Shown here in pieces: positions 29,909-39,847 of a DNA stretch of 64,000 nt. The notes below the pieces were generated by a model. That model was given only the letters and a program-made list of their open reading frames with translations, was not told where the DNA came from and ran no database searches. This DNA is from Dawidia cretensis (GTDB lineage: Bacteria > Bacteroidota > Bacteroidia > Cytophagales > Cyclobacteriaceae), in the NCBI RefSeq assembly GCF_018598175.1, contig NZ_JAHESE010000025.1, positions 1 to 64,000 on the forward strand. The letters are read 5' to 3'. Within the stretch, counting starts at the first letter, position 1. Every line of letters begins with the position of its first letter. Both the position numbers and the translations under genes were made by a program.

Positions 29909-31936
29909 CTACAACTTCCTGTTAGACAATCCCAAACTATTTGCCAGGTTGGCGAGGTTCAGCAGCGATGGACGATCCTCTTCCGAGCTGTTCTGTTGCA
30001 TTTTCAGAATCAGACTTGAAATGGTCAGGTTTTTAATATCGTTCGTGGTGATATTGTACTTATCGGCAAAGTCGCGGATGCGACCTAACAGATCACCACC
30101 ATTTCCTCCTTCACCCAACAGCGCAGTTTTGATCTGTGTTGCATTTTCACTTTCGTTGATCAACCGATCGAACCCTTTCGCGTTCGAAATCTGGTTGACA
30201 ATATTCTGGAAAAACATCGTTTCACCACCCACAATATCAATCTTGGCAGACTTCAACGCTTCTCCCAATATCGTGGCCTGTGCATCGGCAATATGCTTCT
30301 GAATATCGATCTGCGCGAGCGCGATCTCCTTTTCTTTCGTGAGGAGCAACTTAAACTCTTCATGATCTTTTCCAACAGCATCCAGCTTCTTCATCGCTTC
30401 TGCTTTTTCCTGGATGCCGGCAGCTTCCGCCAGAGCCTTTTCTTTCGTCACTTCAGCTTCCGATAAACCTTCCTTCCGTTTCGCTTCTGCAATTTTCTCA
30501 ATCACCGTCGCGTCAACGATACCTTGTCTTTCTACCGCTTCTGCTTTGGCTATCATAACTTCTGCTTCAGAAAGCCCCCTTGTTGCTTCCTCACGTGCCT
30601 GGGCGTCGGCCAGTATTTTACGTGCTTCTGCCTGTTTCACCGCGGCTTCTTTTTTAGCGTCCGCATCAATCACCAATTGTTTTGCTTTTTCCTCCGCGGC
30701 CTTCTTTTCAGCCTCTGCAGCCTTTACGGTATAGATCAGTTTTTCCTCGGCCTGTTGGCTGGCCTGTGTGATCCCTACTGTCTTATTACGTTCTACCTGA
30801 CGGAAAGCCTCCAGGTCTTTTACCCCCTGTTGCTCTTCCACCACACCTTTTTCAAGGCGCACACGGTCGCGAATGACATCCTGGATGTTCTTACGTTCCA
30901 CTTCCACTGTTTTCTCCTTTTCAATTTGAGCCAGTGTTACGATCTTTTCGCGCTCGGTAGCTTCCAATGCGCGATCCTTTTCTACACGCTCAGTTTCCAC
31001 CGCCTCTGTGCGTTGCTTGTTCTTTTCCGCAATGATGATCTGACGTAACTTATTCTCCTCCTGTACGGCAAGAGATTCCTCCGTTTTGATCCGAACCGTC
31101 TCAGATTTTAGTCTTTCCTCTTCTCTTACCTTAATGATCTCGGCTTGTTCGCGTGAGCGCACATTATCAATTTCTCTACGCTGTTTCTCTTCTTTTTCGG
31201 CCATCTGGCGTTCCAATTCCAGGATGGATTCACGGGCCTCGACGTCTTGCTTCTTGATCACTCTTTCTTCCTCTCGTTTGATCAGATTGGCCTTTATGTT
31301 CTGCTCTGCTGTAAGCTCGGTGATCTTCTTAATACCCTGTGAATCGAGGATGTTTTGTGGGCTGAGAAATTTCATCTCTGTCTGCTCGAGGAAATCAATA
31401 GCGCAGTCGTCGAGGATATAACCGTTCAGGTCGGTTCCTATAATATTCAGGATTTCAGTTCTGAACTCGCGACGCGCTTCATACAACTCGATAAAATCGA
31501 ACTTCTTACCTACCGTTTTTAACGCTTCCGAGAATTTCGCTTCGAAAAGATTGCGAAGTGTTTCCGTATCGCTGGCTCTTTCCGTACCGATAATCTGGGC
31601 TACGTTCAACACATCATCAGCGTTCTTATTTACGCGAACGAAAAATGCCACTTTGATATCAGCACGGATATTGTCTTTACAAATAAGACCATCTTGCTCC
31701 AGGCGGTCGATCTGCAGTTTCTTTACGGAGATATCCATGATCTCCATTTGGTGGAGAATAGGAATGACATACATTCCTTTATTAAAAGCAACGTGACCAC
31801 CCCCCACGCCCGTGCGCACAATTGCTTTTCCTTGCGGAATCTTTTTATAGAAAGTCGCAAAGGCAAAGAGAACAATGAAAATAAAGAATACTATTCCACC
31901 AATAAATATTAAACTAATGCCGCCAAGTAGGTCCAT
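29909..31936 (-). CDS. Flotillin-family SPFH/band-7 protein (YqiK-like)
   Basis: N-terminal TM helix, PHB/SPFH domain and a very long EA-rich coiled coil. Confidence 0.85.
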   Translation of the reverse strand: MDLLGGISLIFIGGIVFFIFIVLFAFATFYKKIPQGKAIVRTGVGGGHVAFNKGMYVIPILHQMEIMDISVKKLQIDRLEQDGLICKDNIRADIKVAFFVRVNKNADDVLNVAQIIGTERASDTETLRNLFEAKFSEALKTVGKKFDFIELYEARREFRTEILNIIGTDLNGYILDDCAIDFLEQTEMKFLSPQNILDSQGIKKITELTAEQNIKANLIKREEERVIKKQDVEARESILELERQMAEKEEKQRREIDNVRSREQAEIIKVREEERLKSETVRIKTEESLAVQEENKLRQIIIAEKNKQRTEAVETERVEKDRALEATEREKIVTLAQIEKEKTVEVERKNIQDVIRDRVRLEKGVVEEQQGVKDLEAFRQVERNKTVGITQASQQAEEKLIYTVKAAEAEKKAAEEKAKQLVIDADAKKEAAVKQAEARKILADAQAREEATRGLSEAEVMIAKAEAVERQGIVDATVIEKIAEAKRKEGLSEAEVTKEKALAEAAGIQEKAEAMKKLDAVGKDHEEFKLLLTKEKEIALAQIDIQKHIADAQATILGEALKSAKIDIVGGETMFFQNIVNQISNAKGFDRLINESENATQIKTALLGEGGNGGDLLGRIRDFADKYNITTNDIKNLTISSLILKMQQNSSEEDRPSLLNLANLANSLGLSNRKL

Positions 31937-31993
31937 AGATAGATTTTAAAGTTAGATTTTTGAGAAAGGTGTTTCTATATAGAGTAATGTCAA

Positions 31994-32665
31994 TCAAACG
32001 ATATTGGAGAGGTTGATCTCTGGGACCACCAGGTAAAATTTTTTATCGGCCGATTCGCCGGCAATCATCACTTCCGAATCATATTCGATCGAGTCGCCTG
32101 TTTTGCTTTGTACGTTGATGCGGATAATATCGTGCTCTATCTTTACTTCCGCTGCTCCGATCTTATCGCCGGAAATGGTACTTCGCATCCGGGCAATCCT
32201 TCCCAGAAGCTCCTGAGGTTCTTCACCATTATACCCCATAGCATGATAAACTTTGACCAACGGCCTGGTGGCATACCGCGTAATGACATACGCGACAAAA
32301 AAAGCAGGTATAAGAACGAATACAGATTTCCAGCCCCAGCTTCCCAAACCCAACGCCACCGATGACGTTAACGTAATGATCCAGGCAAGGAATTTAAAAA
32401 CGGAATATACTACCATGAAGGGCACTTTCCCGATGTTCACAAATTCGAGTGCCTTCTGCAAAAAAGGCTTGTCTGCCACGGCATCATCCGTGTCAGTATC
32501 AACATCCGTATCTACATCTGCCCCGTGCACGGGAAAATCGCTATCAACTCCGGAATCTCCAAACAGATCTCCCGCGACGAATGTAGTTATCCAATAAATA
32601 GCGGTTATTCCCGTGAGAATGGTCATGATGGCATTACTCAACGGATGAAACAGCAGGTCTGTCAT
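31994..32665 (-). CDS. NfeD/YqiJ-like membrane protein (flotillin partner)
   Basis: Two to three TM helices, an acidic D/T-rich linker and a C-terminal OB-fold-like beta region. Sits directly upstream of the flotillin gene, as in yqiJK / nfeD-floT pairs. Confidence 0.5.
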   Translation of the reverse strand: MTDLLFHPLSNAIMTILTGITAIYWITTFVAGDLFGDSGVDSDFPVHGADVDTDVDTDTDDAVADKPFLQKALEFVNIGKVPFMVVYSVFKFLAWIITLTSSVALGLGSWGWKSVFVLIPAFFVAYVITRYATRPLVKVYHAMGYNGEEPQELLGRIARMRSTISGDKIGAAEVKIEHDIIRINVQSKTGDSIEYDSEVMIAGESADKKFYLVVPEINLSNIV

Positions 32666-32696
32666 ACTTGATATCGGTAGGTTGAATGTTAAGATT

Positions 32697-33398
32697 TTAT
32701 GATATCCCTAATTTGTCTTTGATCGCCTGAAGGTCTTTCTCAATAGAGAATGAATCGTTTTTTAACAGGCTGTCCAATTCATCTTTCTTACTATTCTTAT
32801 CACGGGATATTTCACCGTAGGCTTTCGAGAGTGCTTCCTGATCTTCTACCTTTGATTTCATACGCTCGAGCATGCCAATTATTCCGTTGCTATCGACATG
32901 GGCCAGTTGTTTGTTTACTTGTACCGTTGCATTGCTAACGTTCAACCTGGTCTTCAACGTCCGCAACTCTTTTTCCCACTTCTCCATATTCTCCTTCAGA
33001 ATTTCGGCATTGCGCTGCATCTCCCTGGAAGATTGCTGCAACGCAACCGCTTGCAGCCCGAGCTCTTCTGACTCTACAGAATATCTTTTATAGAGCGACA
33101 ACGCTTCACGGGCAAGCTCTTCCGCCTTGCCCAGGTCTACCTGCCCGGACTGTGCTTTTTGCATGATCAATATAGCTTTTTCGGCATAACTTTTCGACTC
33201 CTGCTGGCGGTGAAGCTGATCATTTTCTGTGCGAATAGCCAGGGCCTTTACTTTGGCATAGGCCTCCGTTGCTTCTGCAAGATCTGTGCGCAGCTCACGA
33301 AGGCCCTGCTCCGTCATTTTAATGGGATCCTCCATTTTATCGACAGCGGCGTGAATTTCCGCCTGTCCTATTCTGAAAAGCCTTTTGAAAATATTCAT
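32697..33398 (-). CDS. pspA: PspA/IM30 (Vipp1) family protein
   Basis: N-terminal MNIFKRLFRIGQAEIHAAVDKMEDPIKM aligns with the E. coli PspA start [28 protein letters not shown]. All-helical coiled-coil composition. Confidence 0.8.
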   Translation of the reverse strand: MNIFKRLFRIGQAEIHAAVDKMEDPIKMTEQGLRELRTDLAEATEAYAKVKALAIRTENDQLHRQQESKSYAEKAILIMQKAQSGQVDLGKAEELAREALSLYKRYSVESEELGLQAVALQQSSREMQRNAEILKENMEKWEKELRTLKTRLNVSNATVQVNKQLAHVDSNGIIGMLERMKSKVEDQEALSKAYGEISRDKNSKKDELDSLLKNDSFSIEKDLQAIKDKLGIS

Positions 33399-33439
33399 GA
33401 CTGATAATTTTTAAGTTAAAAACAATCGTTGCGTCAAAA

Positions 33440-33838
33440 TTATAGCTTCGAAAAATCGATGATCTGCTGAGAGAACTCGCTCAATAATAAACCAAGAGAG
33501 TTTAAAGCACTCTCAAATTCATTAAAGTCGATATTCTGAAGCTGCATGGTATAACGGAACAGCACCCGATCGCCTTCTTCGTTAATGACAAAGGCGCCGT
33601 GAATAGTGTCCCTGTTTTTTTGCAGCAGCCTTTTGAACATGTCCATGCTGTCTTCCCGAAAGGAGAAGAGAAACTGCTCCATAATAAGGATAGGAGGCGC
33701 GACGCCAAGGATCAAATTATGGATACCGTCGGATGGATTATCGATCTTGAGAATGCCATGCTGTTCATTCTTATACAGTATTCTGCAATTAAGCCTCCGT
33801 GCGAAATCTTCGATGGTCTCAAAATGGTTCATGAGCAT
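33440..33838 (-). CDS. Hypothetical protein, possibly YbjN-like; first gene of the operon
   Basis: 132-aa soluble protein 41 bp upstream of pspA on the same strand. The YbjN-like call is a weak impression only. Confidence 0.4.
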   Translation of the reverse strand: MLMNHFETIEDFARRLNCRILYKNEQHGILKIDNPSDGIHNLILGVAPPILIMEQFLFSFREDSMDMFKRLLQKNRDTIHGAFVINEEGDRVLFRYTMQLQNIDFNEFESALNSLGLLLSEFSQQIIDFSKL

Positions 33839-33925
33839 AGTTTCTGCTGACTGAACAAATCTATCGACTAGTTTTCAGAATTGCAAAAAATATTAGCATT
33901 GTGATAATGAAAATTACAATTATCT

Positions 33926-34612
33926 TTGACAGGAATGACAAAGATTGGCGCCAATATCAAAAAGATCAGAACGACCAAAGGGCTTAGCCAGCAGGCGTTT
34001 GCGGACTTATTTGAATTAACCAGGGGTAACATCTCCTCCTATGAGGAAAACCGGGCGGAGCCGAAAATCGAAACCGTTATACAAATTGCCAATTATTTTA
34101 GCATCCCCCTGCATCAATTTATTACGGAGAATCTCTCCATACACGAAATATTGAAATATAACGGCGATAAGCTGATCGAGGATGAAAATCATATCATAAA
34201 TCTTCAGCTCCGGCAGGTTCCATTCATGAATGATGCCATTTATATGAAATGCTGCTATCAGGAATTGCCATTTAATGATTGGAATAGTTTTCCGAAGCTG
34301 ATCTTGCCGGAGGTAAACAATCACAATATGTTCGCCTTGAGCTTTAATCCCAACATCGCTCGCCACGAATCGCTCCCATCCTATCAAATGAACGACGTAT
34401 TGATTTTCGAAGAGTTAACCCAACAGAATATCCACCTCTGTCAGCACAAAACCGGCCTTTTTACTGCCGAGCGCGAGATCATGATCGGCCAGTATGAAAT
34501 GAAGGACGAAAAAGTTGACCTGGTCTTAAATGATTTCAAGCGGGAGCGATTCGATTTCAAGTCCGCACGGCGATTCTGGAAATTGTTTGCAACCTATCAG
34601 CATGAGAAATAA
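33926..34612 (+). CDS. XRE-family HTH transcriptional regulator, divergent from the pspA operon
   Basis: KIRTTKGLSQQAFADLFELTRGNISSYE Cro/C1-type HTH at the N-terminus. Confidence 0.7.
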   Translation: MTGMTKIGANIKKIRTTKGLSQQAFADLFELTRGNISSYEENRAEPKIETVIQIANYFSIPLHQFITENLSIHEILKYNGDKLIEDENHIINLQLRQVPFMNDAIYMKCCYQELPFNDWNSFPKLILPEVNNHNMFALSFNPNIARHESLPSYQMNDVLIFEELTQQNIHLCQHKTGLFTAEREIMIGQYEMKDEKVDLVLNDFKRERFDFKSARRFWKLFATYQHEK

Positions 34613-34700
34613 GACATTCGCAACGAGTTTGAGGCGCTGAGCCCTTTCGTTTTCACATATAACTTCCTGCGGTTATATTTGTCTGTATACGAAGTCAACA

Positions 34701-35840
34701 ATGACACAGGCAACAAAAATTTCAGTAGCATCTCTTCTTCTGACACTGGTCCTTCATACCACGGGCTTGTTTGCACAGTCCGGTGGCACCTATCAAAACC
34801 CTTTGCGGGTGACATTTGGAGATCCCTATGTACTGCAAACAAAAGGTAGATATTACATGTATGGTACCGGCGGTGGTGCTAAAAATGGATTTGCCGCCTA
34901 TTCCTCAGCCGACCTGGTAAACTGGAAAGACGAGGGTCAGGTGTTTTATGCAAGCAATCACCATGGCTGGAGCGACTCCACCGCTGCCTGGGACGGGGCA
35001 TACTGGGCGCCTGAAGTATACGAATACAATGGAAAGTTCTACATGTTTTACAGCGCGCAATGGAAGCAGAACCCCAACAACGAGCTGGAGAATTTTCGCA
35101 TCGGAGTGGCCGTGGCCGATAGCCCGACGGGACCGTTCATCGACCTGACCAATAAGCCTGTTTTTGATCCGGGCTATCCTGTCATCGACGCCAATGTACT
35201 GTTCGACAAAAGCGGCAAAATTTACCTGTACTATTCCCGTTGTTGCTATAAGCACTCCGTGGAAAGCGAAGTCGCTGCCTGGGCCAAACAAAAGGGATGG
35301 TTCGATACCATAGAGGAAAGCTGGGTCTATGGCGTTGAGCTGAAACCCGACTTCAGCGGCGTGATCGGCGAGCCCGTGCTGCAATTACGTCCGCCCGTAA
35401 AGATGGACGATAAGCAGGCTGACTGGGAAAGTCGCTCCGTGACTTCAAAAGAAGTGAACCGCCGCTGGACAGAGGGCTCGGTCATTTTCAAAAAAGGAGA
35501 TACCTATTACATGATGTATTCCGCCAATTATTTCGGGGGAAAGAACTACGCCGTGGGATATGCCACGTCGAAAAGCCCGCTGGGCCCGTTCACCAAAGCA
35601 ACCAACAATCCGGTATTGCAGAAAGACACAGAAAACGGCGGCGTGGTGACCGGGACGGGGCATAACAGTGTGACGTACTCACCCGACGGAAAAGAGATGT
35701 TTTGTGTATATCATGCCCGCACGTTGGCGACAGGCGAGGAAAGGGTCGTTTTTATCGATCGTATGAAGATCTTAAACAACGGAACGCTTGTTGTGGACGG
35801 GCCTACCACCATACCGCAGACGGCGCCGGGAAGCAGATAG
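34701..35840 (+). CDS. Glycoside hydrolase family 43 protein (five-bladed beta-propeller), secreted
   Basis: Signal peptide, then GDPYVL...YYMYGT and later GH43 blade motifs (WAPE, DANV). Confidence 0.75.
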   Translation: MTQATKISVASLLLTLVLHTTGLFAQSGGTYQNPLRVTFGDPYVLQTKGRYYMYGTGGGAKNGFAAYSSADLVNWKDEGQVFYASNHHGWSDSTAAWDGAYWAPEVYEYNGKFYMFYSAQWKQNPNNELENFRIGVAVADSPTGPFIDLTNKPVFDPGYPVIDANVLFDKSGKIYLYYSRCCYKHSVESEVAAWAKQKGWFDTIEESWVYGVELKPDFSGVIGEPVLQLRPPVKMDDKQADWESRSVTSKEVNRRWTEGSVIFKKGDTYYMMYSANYFGGKNYAVGYATSKSPLGPFTKATNNPVLQKDTENGGVVTGTGHNSVTYSPDGKEMFCVYHARTLATGEERVVFIDRMKILNNGTLVVDGPTTIPQTAPGSR

Positions 35841-35855
35841 CTGATTCGCTCTTTT

Positions 35856-36125
35856 TCACTGCGAGCTATCTTCAAGAAGGGACATTGCTTTTTCTTCCGT
35901 TACTTCAAAGTTCCATTCGTTTTTCGGCATCACAGCCACCACCGGCCCCCGTTTGCAGTGATCTGTACAACCGGTCTTGATGACCTGTACTTTTCTTCTC
36001 AAACGTTGCTCTTTCACTGTACTCTTCAACCGCTTATAGAGGTGCTTGCTGCCACGTTTTTTGCATTTGCTTCCGCAGCATACATAGAAGACGCAATTCG
36101 GGGTACGAGAAAATTCCTTCGACAC
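35856..36125 (-). CDS. Small thioredoxin-like [2Fe-2S] ferredoxin-family protein
   Basis: Four-Cys pattern CCGSKC ... GCTDHC in an ~89-aa protein. Last gene of the radical SAM cassette. Confidence 0.5.
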   Translation of the reverse strand: MSKEFSRTPNCVFYVCCGSKCKKRGSKHLYKRLKSTVKEQRLRRKVQVIKTGCTDHCKRGPVVAVMPKNEWNFEVTEEKAMSLLEDSSQ

Positions 36126-36184
36126 GTGCCGAAGTTAAGAACTGGGCAATGTCTTCTCCAAATTTTGCATCCGGAAATACGGCT

Positions 36185-37045
36185 TCAACGCCGAGGGTAG
36201 GACCGCGGAATCCGCTCCAACTCGCCTCCTCCAAATACCTCGTCCAGCTTAAGCTCAGGCATGTGCACATAACCGATATGACACCCGCATGTCTGATTCG
36301 AACAATCCCTTGGAAATAGATTGCCCGTGAAATCGCCTTCGTAAATATTACCGATCTTCTCTTTGATAAAGTGACAACGATACATATTTCCATCGCCATC
36401 AAGGCTAAATACACTTTCACCGGTACGGCATGGCCTCCCCAGACTTGCGTGGCGTTTCACATTATAACCAAACAACGGGTCGATCTGTTGAAGAAGATCG
36501 ATGTCTACAGCGTTATAGTAGTAGTCCCTTTGCTTGTACGCATTCACCCAAAGATATATGTCTTGCACCAATTCATTACGGAGGTGGCGAATTTCATCCA
36601 ACGACTCTTTGAATCCGACCACGCCCACACTATACTGCACCCCCAGGGCATCGAGCTCCCGGCATTTGGCGACAAAGTCGGCCCGCGAGATCTGCGTTGG
36701 ATGATAGGTGGTCCACAATGCCACAGTCGACTTGTTTGCCTTCTCCAGCCAACGCGTGCTGCACGTGAGATTCGTTTGGATCGCTACTTTTCGAATATTC
36801 TCCAGATGGCTCAGCTCCAGGATAGCCCGCTGATAGTAATCACGGATTAACGCTTCCCCCCACGGCGTGAACAGAACATGGAACGTATGCTCGGGATGCT
36901 GACGGACCCATGCAATAAACCGGCCGAGCTTGCGCGCGTCATCGGCTAGTTCGGCCCGAGTATTTTTAGTTTTGGCAAACGGACAATAGTCACACCCATA
37001 GTTGCAGCTGGATAACGGACCACGATATAATATCGAGAAATTCAT
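36185..37045 (-). CDS. Radical SAM protein, STM4011-like
   Basis: CNYGCDYC CX3CX2C radical SAM motif right after the start MNFSILYRGP. Start set at the internal Met so it overlaps the upstream gene's stop by 4 nt (ATGA). Confidence 0.65.
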   Translation of the reverse strand: MNFSILYRGPLSSCNYGCDYCPFAKTKNTRAELADDARKLGRFIAWVRQHPEHTFHVLFTPWGEALIRDYYQRAILELSHLENIRKVAIQTNLTCSTRWLEKANKSTVALWTTYHPTQISRADFVAKCRELDALGVQYSVGVVGFKESLDEIRHLRNELVQDIYLWVNAYKQRDYYYNAVDIDLLQQIDPLFGYNVKRHASLGRPCRTGESVFSLDGDGNMYRCHFIKEKIGNIYEGDFTGNLFPRDCSNQTCGCHIGYVHMPELKLDEVFGGGELERIPRSYPRR

Positions 37046-38364
37046 CGCAGCTCGTATTGGTTCATCAAGGCCTGTATGCCGGGTGAATACAGCCACGGAC
37101 CAATGCTGTCTGACAGCTCCATGCCTACCTTCGTAAGCCGCAGCCTGCCCTCGGCATTGACGGCCATCCCAGCATCGAGAAGTTGACAAAGCTCCGGGAA
37201 CTCCGCAAGGGCATTCGCACCAAACCGGCGATTATACCGCGCCAGGTCCAGACCGTCACCATGCAGAATCGATTTAATAACATCGCGTCGCTTCTGCTCG
37301 TCTTCCGGCAGCGATATACCATACCGTACTTGCCCAAACTCATCACTTGTTTCCTGGAGATAGCTGCCGATGATATTCTTCACACCTTTACGACCGACGG
37401 CATACTCCGTGGAATAGTGAACAGATTGTGTATACGACCGTGCGCCGGAACCGAGGCCCACCATGCCGTCTTCCTGGCAACAATAGGTAACAGCATTGAC
37501 AAGGCTCGATGCTGTCTTCTTTCGAAACATGCGCATAGAAACTTGATCATAGCCGTGTTCCAGCAGATAGTCACGCCCCTGGCGATAGCGTTCCAGCCGA
37601 AAATTGTCCCAGCTTAATCCCATCTTATCCAGGCCGGTAAGGGGGCGCACGTAGAGTGGGTAAAGATAAATCTCTTCGGGTTCATATTCCAGTGCGGTCT
37701 GTAAGTTGATCTGCCACGACTCCGGCGTCTGCCCCGCCCCGCCGTAGATCATGTCTATATTCATCGTCTCGAACCCTTCCTTCTTAATAGATGTGAGCGC
37801 CCGGTGTACCTCGTCACGGTGCTGTGGGCGACCAAGAAGTTTAGTCTCGTTGTCGAAAAAACTTTGCACGCCCATACTAATGCGGTCAACGCCTTTGGCG
37901 TGCAGGTAACGCAGCTTATCCGGTGTAATCGTTTTGGGCGAGACTTCAAACGATACAGGTATACGTTGCGTATCCGCGCGCATGGTATTCTCAATAATTG
38001 CAAAAAGCTTTTCCAACTCGTGCTCGTGTAAAAAGCTCGGTGTACCTCCTCCTATGGCCAGTTGAGCATACGTAGCTTCGCCGAGGGCTGCGCTGACGAC
38101 CGTTGCCTGCCGTTCGAGCGACTGAAGGTAGGCAGCAACCTGATCCTGCTCCGGATTAGCCATCGTGAAAAGGTTGCAGAAACCGCAGCGCATTTCGCAA
38201 AACGGTATGTGTACATAGAGAAACAGCGATGATTTATCTTCGCGAGCCCATACATCGCTGAGGGAACGGGCCGGCGAAAACTCGCGATAGGCCGTCTTGT
38301 GCGGATAGGAATACGCATATCCCGCATAAGGATTGGTTGTTATAGTATCTGCTTGAGCGATCAT
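37042..38364 (-). CDS. HemN/HemW-like radical SAM protein (coproporphyrinogen III oxidase family), STM4012-like
   Basis: IPFCEMRCGFCNL CX3CX2C motif, a GGGTPS SAM-binding motif and a HemN C-terminal domain. Confidence 0.8.
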   Translation of the reverse strand: MIAQADTITTNPYAGYAYSYPHKTAYREFSPARSLSDVWAREDKSSLFLYVHIPFCEMRCGFCNLFTMANPEQDQVAAYLQSLERQATVVSAALGEATYAQLAIGGGTPSFLHEHELEKLFAIIENTMRADTQRIPVSFEVSPKTITPDKLRYLHAKGVDRISMGVQSFFDNETKLLGRPQHRDEVHRALTSIKKEGFETMNIDMIYGGAGQTPESWQINLQTALEYEPEEIYLYPLYVRPLTGLDKMGLSWDNFRLERYRQGRDYLLEHGYDQVSMRMFRKKTASSLVNAVTYCCQEDGMVGLGSGARSYTQSVHYSTEYAVGRKGVKNIIGSYLQETSDEFGQVRYGISLPEDEQKRRDVIKSILHGDGLDLARYNRRFGANALAEFPELCQLLDAGMAVNAEGRLRLTKVGMELSDSIGPWLYSPGIQALMNQYELR

Positions 38365-39164
38365 GCACGTTTCTTTAACACTATATGGGCGTATGGCACC
38401 GTCAATACCGACGGGTGTGATAACCGGTGGCCGGTATAGCCATCTTCACCATACGCCGTGCCATGGTCTGCGCACAAGATGGTAAAGGTGTCACCCCGCG
38501 CACGCAAGGCATCGACGAGCACCGGAAGTTGACTGTCTACATAACGGAGCGCGGCGGCATGCGTCGTCAACGAATCCGTTGCCGGGCCGGGCTCGTAAAA
38601 GTAGTTGGGCTGATGGATCGCCGAAATATTGATGAACAGGAAAAATTTTTCATTGGCCGCCAACTGCTTTAGCCACCGCGCCGCAAAGGTAAATTGATTT
38701 CTGGTAGAATTGGGGTCTGTTACACCAAACTGCGGTTCCCAGTAGCTTTCTTCAAACAGCGACGGCAGCACCTGCCCCAGCGGTGTCTTTTTATTAAAAA
38801 AACCAACGCCGCCAATACACGCTGTGCGATAGCCGCCGGCCCGAAAACCCGATACGATGTCGGGTGTGTCAAATACAAAGGTATTGGCTGTTGTGGTCTC
38901 GCTTCCTTCGAAACGCGCGGCAAACAAGCGCTCGTGCCTGCCCGGGCGCGCGGGTGTGGGCAGGAAACCGGCGAAGAAGGCCTGGTGCGCAGCAAAGGTG
39001 AAGGTGCCGGGCGTATGTCGCTCCTCCCACCCGTGTGGTATCCACGCCGCCAGGTGCGGTGTAAGCCCCGCGTGGAACGACTTCACGGCGATATCATAGC
39101 GCAGGCTATCAAAGGTCAAAAACAGCACAGAAGGGTTTCCCGTGAGATCTTTCATGCCTGGCAT
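38361..39164 (-). CDS. Sulfatase-like / alkaline-phosphatase-superfamily hydrolase, STM4013-like
   Basis: LFLTFDSLRYD N-terminal metal-binding start and a C-terminal CADHG motif typical of the alkaline phosphatase/sulfatase fold. ATGA overlap with the downstream gene. Confidence 0.55.
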   Translation of the reverse strand: MPGMKDLTGNPSVLFLTFDSLRYDIAVKSFHAGLTPHLAAWIPHGWEERHTPGTFTFAAHQAFFAGFLPTPARPGRHERLFAARFEGSETTTANTFVFDTPDIVSGFRAGGYRTACIGGVGFFNKKTPLGQVLPSLFEESYWEPQFGVTDPNSTRNQFTFAARWLKQLAANEKFFLFINISAIHQPNYFYEPGPATDSLTTHAAALRYVDSQLPVLVDALRARGDTFTILCADHGTAYGEDGYTGHRLSHPSVLTVPYAHIVLKKRA

Positions 39165-39847
39165 ACGGGTGACAGAGTAAATAATTTATCAATAGATACC
39201 AGGGTCATATCGGGCGGTGTGGACAGCACCGAAGCCGGTAAGGAATGGCTCACCCAGCAGGTCTTCATGCCTACCGCCTGCGCACCGGCCACGTCATTTA
39301 GTGGATGATCTCCAATGAAAAGAATATCATGGGCCGCCAGACCAAGATTGTGCACCACCAGGTCAAAGATCCGGCGTTCGGGTTTTTCATACCCGCATTC
39401 TCCACCGATGTATATAGTATCGGGTAAGAAACTGCCGCTGAGTCCAGCCGCCACCAGTTTGGCCCGCTGTGTTCCGCCCTGACCGTTGGAGATCAGTCCG
39501 GTGCGGTAGGAACGCCGCAGCGATGCCAGGAAGTATACCACAGCCTCGTTGCGCGTGATACACGCCGCGATAGCCGCGGCCAAATCGTTCGCAATATCCC
39601 CCGTTGTACCGGCCAGGCCATACGTACTTTGTAACCCCGAGCAAAACGTCACGCGGTCCAAATGTCCGCTATTGTCCCGCGTCAGGATCTGCGGAATATG
39701 TGTGGCATATTGACTCTCCGGAAGATCGGGCACACGGGCACGCAGCCAACCTGGCAACGCCTGGCCTAACGCTGTATCGCGATCGATCAACGTATTGTCC
39801 AGATCAAAATAGATCGCCTTCACGGTATGAAATAACTCAGGCAGCAT
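39152..39847 (-). CDS. HAD-family hydrolase
   Basis: YFDLDNTL motif I and a GDHPLNDV motif IV. 13-nt overlap with the neighbour. Confidence 0.75.
   Translation of the reverse strand: MLPELFHTVKAIYFDLDNTLIDRDTALGQALPGWLRARVPDLPESQYATHIPQILTRDNSGHLDRVTFCSGLQSTYGLAGTTGDIANDLAAAIAACITRNEAVVYFLASLRRSYRTGLISNGQGGTQRAKLVAAGLSGSFLPDTIYIGGECGYEKPERRIFDLVVHNLGLAAHDILFIGDHPLNDVAGAQAVGMKTCWVSHSLPASVLSTPPDMTLVSIDKLFTLSPVCQA

Noticed and set aside
30414-31421. Several 100-170 aa plus-strand ORFs inside the flotillin gene
   Set aside because: Artifacts of the low-complexity GCA/GAA-rich coiled-coil coding repeat, antisense to a strong SPFH/flotillin CDS.
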